Assembly: GCF_009914755.1 (NCBI RefSeq) | Contig: NC_060937.1 | Reading direction: 5' to 3' (one strand) | Source of the DNA: the human T2T-CHM13v2.0 reference genome, Homo sapiens | Length of the DNA: 64,000 bases | In this document: positions 1 to 14,520 of the stretch, piece after piece | How positions within the stretch are numbered: the stretch's first letter is position 1 | Layout of the letters: every line of letters starts with the position of its first letter | Notes under the pieces: model-generated | The model's input: the letters and a program-made list of their open reading frames with translations, nothing else | What the model was told of the DNA's origin: nothing | Database searches by the model: none | Made by a program: the position numbers and the translations under genes

Positions 1-1117
<1,117 letters not shown>

Positions 1118-1158
1118 GGAATGGAGATAATGATGATGGTAATGTCTTGGATACTGAT

Positions 1159-1529
1159 TGCAATGGACTGCATGTCTGTTGCCACCCTGTCTCTGAAACT
1201 TATAGGTGGAAATCCTAACCCTTAATATGATGGTATTAGGAGGTGGGACTTTCAGGAGGTGGTTACATCATGAGGTTGGAGCCCTTCTAAATGGAACTAG
1301 TTCCCCTATACAATAGACCCAAGAGAGTTGTCTCACTCTCTGGCATGTGAGGATACAAGAAGAAAATGGTAGTCTGCAACTTAGAAGAGAGATATCACTG
1401 AAACCTGGTCACTCTGGTACCATGGTCTCAGACTTCTAGCCTTTAGAACTGTGAAAAAATTGATTTTTGTTATTTCTAAGCCACCTAGTCTATAGGTCTT
1501 TGTGATAGCAGTCAGAATTGACTAAAACA
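1159..1529 (+). mobile_element. MaLR solo LTR (MLT1A/MST-like), inserted in an L2 remnant
   Basis: TG...CA ends; MaLR motifs ggtattaggaggtggg, agacttctagcctttagaactgtg, gactaaaaca. Confidence 0.8.
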
Positions 1530-2080
1530 GTAATAGTAGCAATGGCGATGGAAAGAGTGAATGCATTTGATATATACTTTGAAGAAAGAAATAACAGGAC
1601 TATCAGTCATGTGGATGTTTGGCATGAGAGAAATGCAAGATGGCAATTAAACAACTTTGTGTCTAAGTCTGAAGGTTGGAGAATAGGCAAAGGTAAAAGT
1701 AAAGCTATGGGAGTTACCGACACTTATGAGCCCTTTAAAGGAATTATTTATTTTTATTGTTAAATCACCAAGGAAGGGTTGAAACAGACAATAGAAATTA
1801 ATGCCAAATGAGCTGAAAAAAAAATGTGTTGCAATTAAGTTGGGAATAAAAAGCTGAGGTGGCAAGAAGAAAAGCAAGGTTGGTATATTTTTAAAGAACT
1901 CTATAATGAATAATGTTTTGAAGAGGAAGAAATTTTCAACAATTTGAAATGCTGCTGAGACTTTGGGAAATGTGAATGGTGCCCACGTAGAAGTTATTGA
2001 CAGTCATTGAAACAACACTCCCTTTAGCATTATGTATAAGAAACTAGATTAGAATGAAACAAATGGATTCTTAATTCCAG
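1530..2080 (-). mobile_element. Degenerate LINE-2 fragment
   Basis: Purine-rich L2-like text (gatatatactttgaagaaagaaataacaggact..., aaatgctgctgagac). Confidence 0.5.
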
Positions 2081-2169
2081 AATTGTGGAGAAATAGAAAA
2101 TCTAAAAACTTATTGGAAACACAAGAAATGCAACATGAACTACAATAACCATCCATTTCAATAAAATTA

Positions 2170-3210
2170 GAGGATTTCAGGTTCAGGTCATGATAAAGTA
2201 GCACAAACTCACACCCTGAAGTTGGCTATAAAAGCTGGGCAAAATATGTTAGACAATTGTTGGAAGACACGGGAGAACAATCAATGTATACAGAGCTTGA
2301 GTGGGATTATTATTAAAAAGAAATAATTATAGACTATAAATTACATTCACTCAGACGTTTTTCCTCTAATAACATTTCCCAAATAGTGATGTGAAGAAAG
2401 AAAGCATACACAGAAAGTGAAATTTTACTGTGTTGAGGTGACAGAGATTAGAGTTCAGAGTATCTAGTGTGTATGGGGCTCATGAGACAAATTTCCAAGA
2501 AGGAGGTAACCACAGAGAGAGAGCCTGAATATCTGCATACAAATGCCCCTTAAGTGTGGCCAGTATCAAAGATATGTATGCACAAGGTGAGACGTCAAGA
2601 AGCCTAGCAGAAATCAATAAATGGGAGGTTAGAGTGCTGAGTTTAGATTTCAGCTAGTGGTTTAGAGAAGAAAGAGGTTGTGGTTCAAACACTGGTAATT
2701 ACAGAGGATGAGATGGGAGTGAGAAACTATATGGCTAAATGTGGTCATTCTTCAGGTTTTAGCTTTTATGCAGGGTGCTATATGCTGGTTGCTTCCAACA
2801 CTGAAAAAGTTATTATTTAATTACCTACATATAAAAGATGACCATGAATAGGCATAAGATGAAAGTATGTCATTAATCAAAATGATGATTAATTCAATTC
2901 TCTATAATTGAGATTCAATTAAAAAGAATATTATTCATCACATTCACAGAGTAAATGAGAAAAATCACATAATTTCAGTAGATGCAGATACGTTAAGATC
3001 TGTATCCTAACAGATATTGATACAAAGAAGTATTTGATAAAATTCATCATTAATTTACTGTATATATATATGCTCTTATTAAACTAGGATTTAAAAGGCA
3101 CTTAATTAAGTTGATAAAGTGTATCTTTTGAAATCCTATAAACAATATGTTATGACATAATAATGTGGGAATGTTAGAAGACTTGCTTTTAAACCTGGGA
3201 ACAAGAAGAG
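2170..3210 (+). mobile_element. Old L1M fragments (5'-region-like, then ORF2 RT-like)
   Basis: aaaatcacataatttcagtagatgcaga...tatttgataaaattca and ctgggaacaaga resemble L1 ORF2. Confidence 0.55.
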
Positions 3211-3216
3211 ATTCTC

Positions 3217-3723
3217 TGTTATTTTCCTATGCTGCTGTAACAAATTGCCACAAAATGGGTAGCTTAAAGCAACACAGACTTTTTCTCTTATAGTTCTGAA
3301 GGCCAAAAATTCATAATCAGTATCAGTGGTCTAAAACCAAGGTGTGATCAGCACCCTATTTTTTCCAGAGAACTCAGGGGAGAGTAATTCTAGAAATTAT
3401 TCCAGAAACGCAGCTTCTAGAACTACATTTCTTGTCTCATAGGCCCCTTCTTCTATCTTCAAAGATAGCAGCGTATAATTTTCAAATATTTCTCCACTTC
3501 CATGATCACATAACCTAGATTCTATGTCAAATCTCCCTCTCCCTCACTCTTATAAGGACACTTAAGATTGCATTTAGAGCCCACCAAGATAATTCATGAT
3601 AATCTTCCATCACAAAATTCTTCACTTATTCACATCTGCAAGTCTCTTTGCCATAAAGGTTACATTTACAGGTACTAAGGATTAAGACCTGACATCTCTT
3701 GAGGCCATTATTCACCCTAACAC
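3217..3723 (-). mobile_element. MLT1 (MaLR) solo LTR
   Basis: tgttattttcctatgctgctgtaacaaattgccacaaa...gcttaaagcaacac and ctcttataaggacactt...gataattcatgataatct. Confidence 0.85.
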
Positions 3724-4075
3724 AGATGTCCTCTCTTGCTGCTTGTTTTACACATTGTACTTTTCTGAATACTTTTGAGAAAGTTTGCTCTAAAGAAGAA
3801 AAAAAAGTAGTTCTATATTTGTGAGACATGTAGACTGAGGAGAATGACTATTTTTCTAATGTGATATATAAAAGCACATTTATGTGACAATAGCAATAAT
3901 AGAGAAGATAAAGTTATGCAGAAGGGAGAAGATTTGACAATAGCAAGCATGAAAGTCCTGCAGGAGAAAAGTTTGGATGGGATACTGAATAAAATTGTAA
4001 TATTACTTTTTGATGCATACGTTCACACCATTTTTTCACAATGCTTCCTAGATTGCTCTGTATTTCTTTCCCATC

Positions 4076-4272
4076 TATATATATATACGCATATATATAT
4101 ACACATATATATACACATATATATACACACACATATATATACACACATATATACACACATATATATACACACATATATACACACACACATATATATACAC
4201 ATATATATACACATATATATACACATATATATACACACATATATATACACATACACACATATATATACACAT
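4076..4272. repeat. Compound (TA)n(CA)n microsatellite, ~197 bp
   Basis: Directly visible variants of catatatataca. Confidence 0.97.
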
Positions 4273-4392
4273 TTTGACTGAAAATGATTGACTAGGATGA
4301 AAGAAAATGAGAAAGAAAAACGGAACAAGGAATTCTCAATTATATAAATAGAATATTATAATTAGTAAACCATGAATAAAAGAAGGCATATG

Positions 4393-4752
<360 letters not shown>

Positions 4753-5182
4753 CTATCTACTTCTGGAATTTCCACCATAAGGGAATAATAATGACGTAGG
4801 GGTTCACTTAAAGGACAGAACTTGTACTTGGTTACTTATGTACACAATCTCTGCCTTACTTGCTTTTGGTGGATCGTATTGTGTCATTTCAATGTGGCCA
4901 TTATTGTCTTTTATGAACATATACAATAAAGTAATATACCTTTACATAATGTCTACATCTCTACTGTAATTTAAACTTTAATGGCTCAAAAATGCTAAAT
5001 TACAAAATAGAGAAAGATGTGTGTTAAATGCAGATTAATATAATTTAAATAATATTATATATGATAAGGGTTTGTAAAACTTAACTATTAAGATGGATAG
5101 ATGAGAAAGATAGAAACCTAGAATACAATACTAGAAAATCTAGAAACATAGTAGAGATGAGTTCAATAATTCAATTCTATAT

Positions 5183-5410
5183 AAGAGGTCATCAAACTAC
5201 AAAGCACAGAGCTAATCAGGCCACTGATGCATTTTGGTAAACAAAGTTTTATTAGAATAAAGTGACATCCTTTTATTTTACTTATTGTTTATGGATACTT
5301 ATGCACTACGATGGCAAATACTGGTACTTGTGACAGAGATCACATGGCACGTACATTCTAAAATACTTAATAGTTGGCCCTTCACGAAAGGTTTTGAGAG
5401 CTACTGCTCT
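5183..5410 (+). mobile_element. MER58A-like hAT-Charlie MITE
   Basis: ggtcatcaaacta...gtaaacaaagttttattagaa...ttggcccttcacgaaagg. Confidence 0.7.
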
Positions 5411-7039
5411 AGGAAATCTCAGGTTCAATGTCAGTTATGAATCAGCTTTGCTTAGCATAGCCATGTTTGAAATCCTTTCCAATGACAATAATTGTTACTG
5501 CCTCTAGACAGAAGAGTCCAATTATTTTAAGGTTTCATTATTAGGAATGGTTCATTTAATTAAGCCATAGTTGTTACTTCAAGTATAATTAATTAGTGAA
5601 GGTATATTGCTTTTATGGGATATAATTAATAGGAAAATAGGTTACTGCTCTGTGGCATAGTTAGAATTTAAATGCTGTGGCTTTATAGAATTTAAAGGTA
5701 GGGTCTGTTTATTATGAATTATGCCTCCCATCATCTAGCTCATGTGAGGTAGTTCTGGAATAGCACATTATTTATGTTTGCTGATAATTTATTTTAGATA
5801 TAATGGTTGGTTAGGAAGGAGTTCATGGTGAAGAAGGTAGATGTCACAAAAACATGCCTGAAATGGTGATGGAGAAGACGAATCCGTGTATTTATTCATT
5901 TAATAAGTTATGTTGTCATTCAAGCAAATAAAAATAGTCTTTACTCTGAACATTCATATAAAATATCTGTTGTATAATTAATCGTGTGCTTCTGAATAAA
6001 ATAGATGAAAGCATAGTTTGCATTATAAGCATTAATTCATTAAAATTTACCCTGAACATTGTTATTTGGTTTTATTAGCAAGAAATATAGCACTTGGAAT
6101 GGTTTTAGTAAACCATACATGTGAAGAACTCTAGATCATAAAGAACCTAAAATACAGAATTTTCAGCATTATTATAATCTATTTAATTATACATTCAGGT
6201 TTATTTGTTACTGAAACTTAGTAACTTGATTTTGGGAGTTTTATATCGCTTCTGTGTCTTGTTTGTTTGCACAAGTTTGTTTATGGTGAAGTGCAAAGTA
6301 TTTTAGTAAAAGGGATTTGAGCCACAGATGACAAATAATTACAGGAACATATAACATAAACTACACTTGGACTTTAAAGCAGGTTTAGATTATATTACTT
6401 TGGTTATTATTCTTTGTTTTCAAAAGGGAATGATGGGTTATAGCTTTATGCCCAAATATTTAGGCAAAACACGACAAAAGAAGGGTGAAGAGACCTTTTA
6501 TCTAATGGACAAAGTAGAAGGTAGCACTCATAAAATATACTGTTTTGTGTAATAAGTGAATGGAATCTTTACACAATTTTTTGCTAGGGTTAATTGTTTA
6601 GGAAACTTTTCTAATTGGCAACTACTTCATAGAAAAACTTGATCCAGACCTATATGTGGAACTTCCCTTTATATTAACTTGCTGAAATTATTAAAGTTAA
6701 AAGCTTGTTTTTCCAGGTTGATACTCTCAAGACCTACAAAGACCAGCACATTGAAGCAATCAGTTGATTACCATCATGATGCCTGCGTATGTTTATTTCA
6801 TGTCAGACACACCTGAGGTCTGTAATTGAATACATAAAGAGTGCAACCATGGAAGAAACAAGGTTGGCTTGTGGTGCTCCTATGGCAGCATCAACACAAC
6901 TTCAAGTGCACCATGAGCATGAGCACTGCCAAGAAAATATATTGGCTCTCAACTCTCAGAATACTGCCATGTCTAGAACTTTTGGCCTTGCCAACCACTG
7001 GGCAGTAAGAGACAGTAACAAATCACAGCAGATACTGTT

Positions 7040-8300
7040 TCCTTAGAGCAATTAAATTACATCAGAAAAACTAAGCTGAGTGATAACAAAACAATTTCTA
7101 AATGTCAGGAGCCTATATCAATTCATTCATAAGTTGCTCATTTCACATGTCCTTGGTGTTGCTTATGATTCTACTCATGGGTCATTGTCACCTTTATACC
7201 AGGATCTAGAGGACAAAGCAGCCACTCCAGAACATTGAAAGTTACTGTAGTCGAGGAAAAAAAGAATGTTGTGAGGCACGCTCTGAATTTTTGCCTCTAG
7301 AAGGAAACAGACACTTTAGTCTACTAACATTTCAATAAGCAAAAGGAAATCACATTCCATAACTGAATTAAACAGGGCAGTGAGCTATAGCCTACCATGT
7401 GTGTGAAGAAGCCAAAAAATATGTAAGCAATCCTAATGTTTATCACCTTAAATTTATCCATGCATGCTACTGTGGTCACTTTCACTGTAAAAGCAGTCAT
7501 TGCAGAATCATCACCAGTATCTCAGTATATTAGTCAGGGCAATTAATATTAGTTTCTGAACCAAACTGCAAATATCTGTGACTTAACACAATTTTTTTTC
7601 TTCTCATTCATATAATAATTCAGTAGAGGATTAACTTTCTGAAATTCCTTAAACGTTTTCACAGAATCCTCTGCATTTAATATAAAGAGGAGTATGAGAA
7701 GCATTGCATGAGGTATCTTATAGCTCAGTCTAAAAGTGGGAAATATAACTTCTACCTACATTTCATTCACCAGTGAAATGGTCTCATCCTACCTGCAATT
7801 GAGGCTGAAAAATACAGCATTTTCTTGTGGTCCAAAGAAGGAAATAATGTTACCTCACCAATCTCTGTCAAGGTCAGTCCTTCTGATGCCAAAATACCTG
7901 CTTTAATCTTCCTCCCATTATAAAACACACTGACTTCTCTCAAAATGAAAAATGCAGAGTTCTTTCAAGGTCTGGCATCCAGCTCAAAATGTAGTATCTC
8001 TGGCCACTCATAATTCTCCCAGTGAAGTCCAGATAAGGTCCTCATTTCTCAGTAAAATCTAAACTTAAAAGAATAAATATGTGTCCTGTGTACAAATATG
8101 CAACGGTGAAGTGGGAACAAGGTGGCAGCAATAAATACATCTCTATCACCACAGTCATTTGTTCTTGACTATTTGCAAATCATTTCAGGAAGACATGGTG
8201 AAACATCCTACACTGTGAGTGGCAGAACCCCATGTGCACTGCAATCTCATTTCCTACCCTCCAGAGGAGTATATAAACTTTTCCTACATAAATAATGGCC
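7040..8300 (-). mobile_element. Old MLT1 LTR pieces plus MLT-internal-like sequence
   Basis: MLT1-type text at 7040-7450 and 7525-7870, followed by internal-like sequence (ggcatccagctcaaaatgtagtatctc). Confidence 0.5.
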
Positions 8301-8446
8301 ACATTTTTGTATCGATACATTGTAAGTTCTAAGATGTGTGTGTTTTTTTTTTAAGAGGAATTAAAATAGAAAAGCATATACCTAAAAGATGTTCCTCGGG
8401 ATATATCTGCATATATTCTCTACTCTTGTCATTTTAAATAAAAATA

Positions 8447-8697
8447 CAGTGGTCCCTTGATATCCTCAAGAGATTGGGTCCAGGACCCCAGAGGATACCA
8501 AAATCAGCACATATTCAAGTAATCCTGTGGAACCAGAGTATACAAAAAGTCAGTCCTCCATATCTGCGGGTTTTTCATCCTGTGGCTACTGTATTTTGAT
8601 CCACATTTCAATGCAGATGCTGATTTTTTTTAATTAAAAGAATCTCTATATAAGGGGATGCACACAGCTCAAGCTCATGTTGTTCAAGTGTCAACCG
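8447..8697 (+). mobile_element. MER8-like Tigger MITE
   Basis: Imperfect TIRs (cagtggtcccttga / tcaagtgtcaaccg), TA on both flanks, body gattgggtccaggacccc. Confidence 0.82.
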
Positions 8698-8799
8698 TAC
8701 TAACTTTTTTATTTCTGTCCAATATAATTTAAATAACATAATTCTGTGAACTGCATGTCATTAATTACATATACTAAGAGGTGGCGTAACAATGTGTTT

Positions 8800-9000
8800 A
8801 AATTCCAAGAAATGGTGGCTAGCAAATTTAATTCTCATCTCTGCTCTGCCACAGACAAGTTCTGAAGTCTTGAGCAAATCATGAGTATCTATCTCTAGCT
8901 TACTCATCTTAAGAAGGAGCCAGTAAGTAGCAATTATCTTTCAGTGTTCTTATGAGAAGTAAATAACCTGTACACATCAATGCTCAGAACAGAGACTGCC
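8800..9000 (+). mobile_element. MIR fragment
   Basis: MIR core-like ctctgctctgccac...ttgagcaaatc...ctctagcttactcatct. Confidence 0.55.
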
Positions 9001-9009
9001 ATGTGGTAT

Positions 9010-9509
9010 TATGTCCGGAGTTGGTTCCTGCCTGTGGGTTTGGTGGGTTCGTGGTCTCGCTGACTTCAAGAATGGAGTCATGGACCTTTCCCGTGTTACA
9101 GATCTTAAAGATCACGTGGACCCGACGAGTGAGCGGTAGCAAGGTTTATTGTGAAGAGCAAAAGGAGAAAGCTTCCACAGCATGGAAGGTGACACCAGCA
9201 GATTGCCGCTGCTGGCTGGGGGTGGCCAGCTTTTATTCACGTATTGGCCCCTCCCATGTTCTATTTTTGTCCTATTAGAGTGCCCTTTTTTTCAATCCTC
9301 CCTGCAATTGGCTACTTTTAGGATCCTGCTGATTGGTGCATTTTACAGAGCGCTGATTGGTGCATTTTACAGAGCGCTGATTGGTGCATTTCACAATCCT
9401 CTTGCTAGCTACAGAGCACTGATTGGTGCATTTTACAATCCTCTTGCTAGACAAAAAAGTTCTCCAAGTCCCCACTCCACCTAGGAAGTCCAGCGGGCTT
9501 CACCTCTCA
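9010..9509 (-). mobile_element. ERV9-family solo LTR (LTR12, short LTR12F-like)
   Basis: tgtccggagttggttcc...ggtctcgctgacttcaagaatg, repeated ctgattggtgcatttta, end cacctctca; 4-bp TSD GTAT at 9006-9009 and 9510-9513. Confidence 0.92.
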
Positions 9510-9699
9510 GTATGTTCTGAATAAATTGGGCTATTAAATATGTGATATGAATTAATCAAGCAGAGAAAAAGTTACTAGTGACAGGGAAAAGGAGAAAATA
9601 TGTATTCAATATTATTTTGTAAACAATTTATAAATATGCTGCACCTATGAGTTTCTTCTCAGTACCTTAGAAACTATAACACCATGGAAAATTTTGGAT

Positions 9700-10360
9700 A
9701 GTTTAGGGAAGTGCATTATTTGGTAATGTGAAAAATAAGATGGTCGTGATAAAGCAACTTGGGAAAAAAGAAATGGCATGAATCTTGAGAACACGTACCT
9801 TCTGAGAATTTTCATGTTTAGAAAAGAGCAAGCTAAAAATCTGGAAGCGTATTTGTTCACAGGCAATTTTCAATTGGTCTCAGGCATTTCTGTGCATCTT
9901 GCAAATAGAAAGGCACTAGCTTCACATTTATTACAGGTTTTCCTTTTTAAAGATCTTTATATAGTGGATAGCCCTGGAAGATCAAGATATTGTTTATTTA
10001 TGGATGAGAGAACAGATTTGTTTATTTTCAAGTAAAACGAAGATAGTGTTTCCTCCACAGAAAACATCAGACAGGTGTGCTTACTGCTCATTTATTAAAG
10101 ATTTAAGTTTCCTTTACTTGGAGTTCTTCATCTATGACACAAACTGTGTGTAGCATCAACTTGAACTCCTTGTCATCATCTCCAGTAAACTTGAGGGAAA
10201 ACAGGAACCAGAGCAAAGATGAAGCTCGTGCAACTCTGTGCTGTGCTGCAAATAATGGAAGTCTTGCTGTCTCTGACCAAACAGTTATGTGTCTTCTGCC
10301 AGCATCCATAAAACTGAAGCAGGCTAACTTGTAAGCTCAGATCCTTCACAGTTCTTGACA
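9700..10360 (+). mobile_element. ERVL-type LTR (MER54/MER73/MER74-like); 5' edge uncertain
   Basis: 3' end tcttctgccagcatccat...aggctaacttgt...ccttcacagttcttgaca. Confidence 0.6.
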
Positions 10361-13300
10361 ATAGTCCCTAAAACTGTCTGCAGATGCACATCCCTTGGAA
10401 AAATTTTGCATCCTTTTAAGAATAATTAATATCCTAGTTAATGACAACTATATGACAGGATAGATCACTTTAAGCTTCTACCCAGATTACTATAACTTTT
10501 AGGTAAATAATGTATATGCCACTTTTTCTAAGGTTATCTAGCCATTTTCGATGTAGAAAACAATATTGTGTAAGATAAGCTGAGCATATTTTTCACTTCG
10601 TTTTTGTTTTGCAAAACAATTTTATTGGTTTTGTTAATGCCCCAATCATCAGTACTGCTTGGTATAAGAGCCGAGTTTGAAGAATTATCATGTTGCAAAT
10701 GTATTTTGTTCAGTTATTTCAAATTAGTAGACAGAATTGAGAGATGGAAAATTTTAGAAAAATCTTGGTTAATCATACTTGGAATTTGGTTATGTAATAT
10801 CTCTTTCTCTTTTGGGGAATACAAAGGTTCATAAACTAGTGATAATCTTCACTCTTGGAACCATTAGATGCTATCATGATGTTAGCATAGAAGATAAATT
10901 TATAAGTTGCAGTGAGGTAAGGAAATAAAACATGTAAGTCTTTGAAAACAACACTATGACAGTCCTTGCAGGCTAAAACTTAGACACCAAAGCATTTTTT
11001 GTTACTTTTGGAGAATAAAAGAAGTGTGTCCCTCAATGTCTTGTGGGAGAAAATATATAGTTTGATACACTTGTCAATATCTCTAACTCAAAAATGATGA
11101 GTATAAGGAGTGACCCTTATTGTAGTCTTATATTTCTCTCCAACAATTAAGAGAGTTGGTGGGGATGTTTTTTCCATGAGTTCATCCCGGGCCCCAGGAG
11201 ATTTTCATCTTGTATTCTCTTTATAATCCTATCTTAGTGTTTCATCCTCATGGCTAAGTTCAGCAATACTTCTGCATTCCAGACAGTAAAATGTGTAAGA
11301 AGAGATGTAAAAACAATCGGCTTTGCCTTTATGGAGATTAACTTAAATTTATGCTCATAATATAATTCATATTATATTTGATCAAAATTAATCACTGATA
11401 AGAGACTATAGAAGGTAATCTCCTGCTTGTGGTCATATGTACTTAGGATTCTATTACTAAACAAAATGAAAGAATGCATTATATGCACAATTAGTGGTCT
11501 CTAGTACAAAGAAATTACCAGGTCATTTCCAATTCTCAATATTAAAAAAAAGTTTATTTCTTACTGCACTATCAAATTGGAAAGGTCAGTACAGGGGCAT
11601 TCAATAATAGTAAAAATATGAATAACAATCATGTATAACAACAGAATCATTTAAAAAGATGTATATTTAAAATGTGATTATTGCATTTTATTTCCCCTGG
11701 CAGAAAATAATAAACTGGAGAAAAATCACATTTGATTGATGTCTGTTACATGGATTTTTAAAATTTGTATCAATGAATGCTTTTTAAAGGTAAACTAATT
11801 GAGGCCTACCGAAGGTAAATAAATCTTTAGTTATTTTGGTAAATATATTTTACAGTTTCATTCTTTTTCAACTTAAGTTAGATAATAGGTACTATATTCT
11901 CTCCTAATGTAAATGTTTACGAGCATTGAAACTCCATCTGGAGAAAATAGAAACACTTTTAATTTAAATGACATTTGAAGAAGGAAATGTATAAATGTAT
12001 TCAAAACTGTAAGTGAAAATGGGAAGGTCCTATTAAAAAAAAAAAGAAAGGACAAACACTTTCCAATGACCTTTCTATAATATTAGCAAATTTATTATGA
12101 TCTGTTATGAAAGACTGTTTTGCCTTCCTTGTTTCTACTGTCTCAACTCCCTAAGTACTAATTCAATTGAAAAGTAACTTCAGGTATGGGTCCATTTTAA
12201 TGTCCCTCTACAAGATCTGCAGTGCCATTAATTACAATCATATAATCTTAGAGCCAAGGACCCTTAGAGATTATCTAATCCTATTCTATTAATGCATGAT
12301 GAAATGGGCTTAGCAATCTGTCTAAGGTTACACAAATTCAAAAACACATAGAAAGTTTTCATAATCAAATTAAATTAAAAGTATAAAACAATGTCACTAA
12401 TTTATGTATAAGAAAATATTAAATATCATTTTATATGAAGTGATTCTGATAATTTTAATGAGTTCATAACAATGCTTCTAAATATTTCAAAATTTTAGTT
12501 TATCATCTAAATATGATAATACTATACACTTTTATAAGTGAGTCTTCTACAGTGAAAATTACTAATTATAGGAAAGAGAAAATCATGGATAAATAGGGTT
12601 GTATCAAACTCTTAAAATGTACATGTGGAAATTTAAAAATATCCTCTTGCCAAGGGGATGTTGATGTCATTCCATAACAGGATTGACATGTGTAATTAAA
12701 ACAAACAATAAAAATTAAGAATATATAAATAATATTTTAAATGCTTGAATTTGTTATTTATAATGAATATTGAAATTTATTTAGTGAGATAAAAGGTTAA
12801 CAAATTCTTGAATATAATTATACTACTTTTATAATAAAATGCATCCAAGCTGAAATCTCACTTCTGTTGTCAATTGCTTTGATGGTTCTAGACTCATTTC
12901 CCTATTTTTGGTGAGTCATAAGATGGATGACGCACATGCTCAATAGCAGGTTATGTTCATGGCTAAGGTTTATCATAGCAAAAATTACAGAGCAAAACCA
13001 GTTCTATTCATATTTTTAATAAATAGTAAACTAATGATATCTTGTTATTCCTATGCTTTGTCTATCATACCTACACATAAATATAAGCACTGGTAAGTTC
13101 TGGTTCCAAACATAGCTTATATATGAATGCCATAATCATTCAATATGCATACATTAGCCTTGAATTTTGAAGATTAAAAATTGTTTGTAAAACTATCTAG
13201 AAAAAATTTATTATGATTACAGCCACTATTAGGTTTCAAAAGGGTTCATCAGAAATCTCTGAGGTATATAATGGGGAAAGAATATTTTGACTACCACTTT

Positions 13301-13619
13301 AACAGGTCTGCTATTTAATAATATTAGTTTCTTTTTAATTGATGTTTCATGGACATCCAGAATACTAGCTATAAAATCATATATGCTGCATAATGCAAGG
13401 AAAACAAAAGCACCTGTAAATATTACAGAAGACTATACATGTATGTATATCATTGCCATAAAATACCTATATACATATATGTATATACACACATAATTGT
13501 TTTCACAACCATGATATTATTACTTACAAAAGCATGCAAATTTAGGGAGATGGCTAAATAAGTTATGGCTTTTTCATAAATTGTAAGCCTATTCATTATA
13601 AAATATTATTGAGGATCAA

Positions 13620-14520
13620 CTTTCATTTGTTCCCCAACAAATTATTGAGCATCTACTATGTATATTCTAGGCCCATTTCTAGGGACTGGGGAAAAAATAG
13701 TGAAAATAACATTCAGAATGTCTTGGCTTCACAGAGCTGTTGTTCCAGTGTTGGGAGAAAAACAGTAATTAATACCACAAAGTATCATGTGTTGTATGCC
13801 AGATGGTTTAAGTTCTATTCTAAAAAATGTGGCAAAGAAGGGGAATAGAGAGTTCTGGGCACAAGAGGTGCTGGATACTGAACAAGATGGTTGCTGAAAG
13901 CCTCACTGGGTGGTATCATCTGAATACAATGAGTGGTTATGAGAGAATGAGCCAAGAGCATAATTGAGAGAACATATTTTCAGGGAGCAGAAATAGCAAA
14001 TGAGGCCTTGGTGTATGAACGCACCCATGAGGTTCCACTAAGGATGCCAATGTGATACAGCAGAGGAGATGAGGTCACACTCCATGGGGAGATGGTCACA
14101 TAAAGCTTCTTAGAAAATGGTAAGAACTTTGTTTATTTAATTGGCAGCCATGAAGGGTTTTAAACAGAAAAGCAATCGCCTCTTTAAAGAATTAGCAGTA
14201 ACAGTTTGACTGATCTGTGAAAATAGACCACAGCATAGCAAAAGAGAAAACAGGGAAATTAGTGAGGAAAGTATCGTGTAAACTATTGCTGAAGCTGTTC
14301 TAAACTATAAACTATGTAAATTATAAATTGAAATTGTTCTATGCAAACAAGATATATTTGAACCCTGTATATTAGAGGCAAAAGTCCATGATATTGGCAA
14401 TGTTTTGGCCTGAACTATGGGAGGAACAGAGTTGGAATTACTCACCTGGGTTTAAATTTGGGAGGAGCAAATTTGGGAATAGAGGATAGGAAAGATCAAT
14501 AGTTTTATTTTTAACAGGCT
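13620..14520 (-). mobile_element. LINE-2 3' region
   Basis: cattt...caacaaattattgagcatctactatg, followed by typical L2 body. Confidence 0.75.

Noticed and set aside
3914-4328. Five overlapping ORFs with HIYI/YICV repeats
   Set aside because: They are translations of the TA/CA microsatellite.
9328-9450. Spaced ctgattggtgc repeats and ORFs 9182-9484 / 9275-9475
   Set aside because: These are the normal LTR12 CCAAT repeat array, not CRISPR and not coding.
10103-10309. ORF containing GDDDK, resembling a FLAG/enterokinase tag
   Set aside because: Partial chance match inside an LTR; no vector context.
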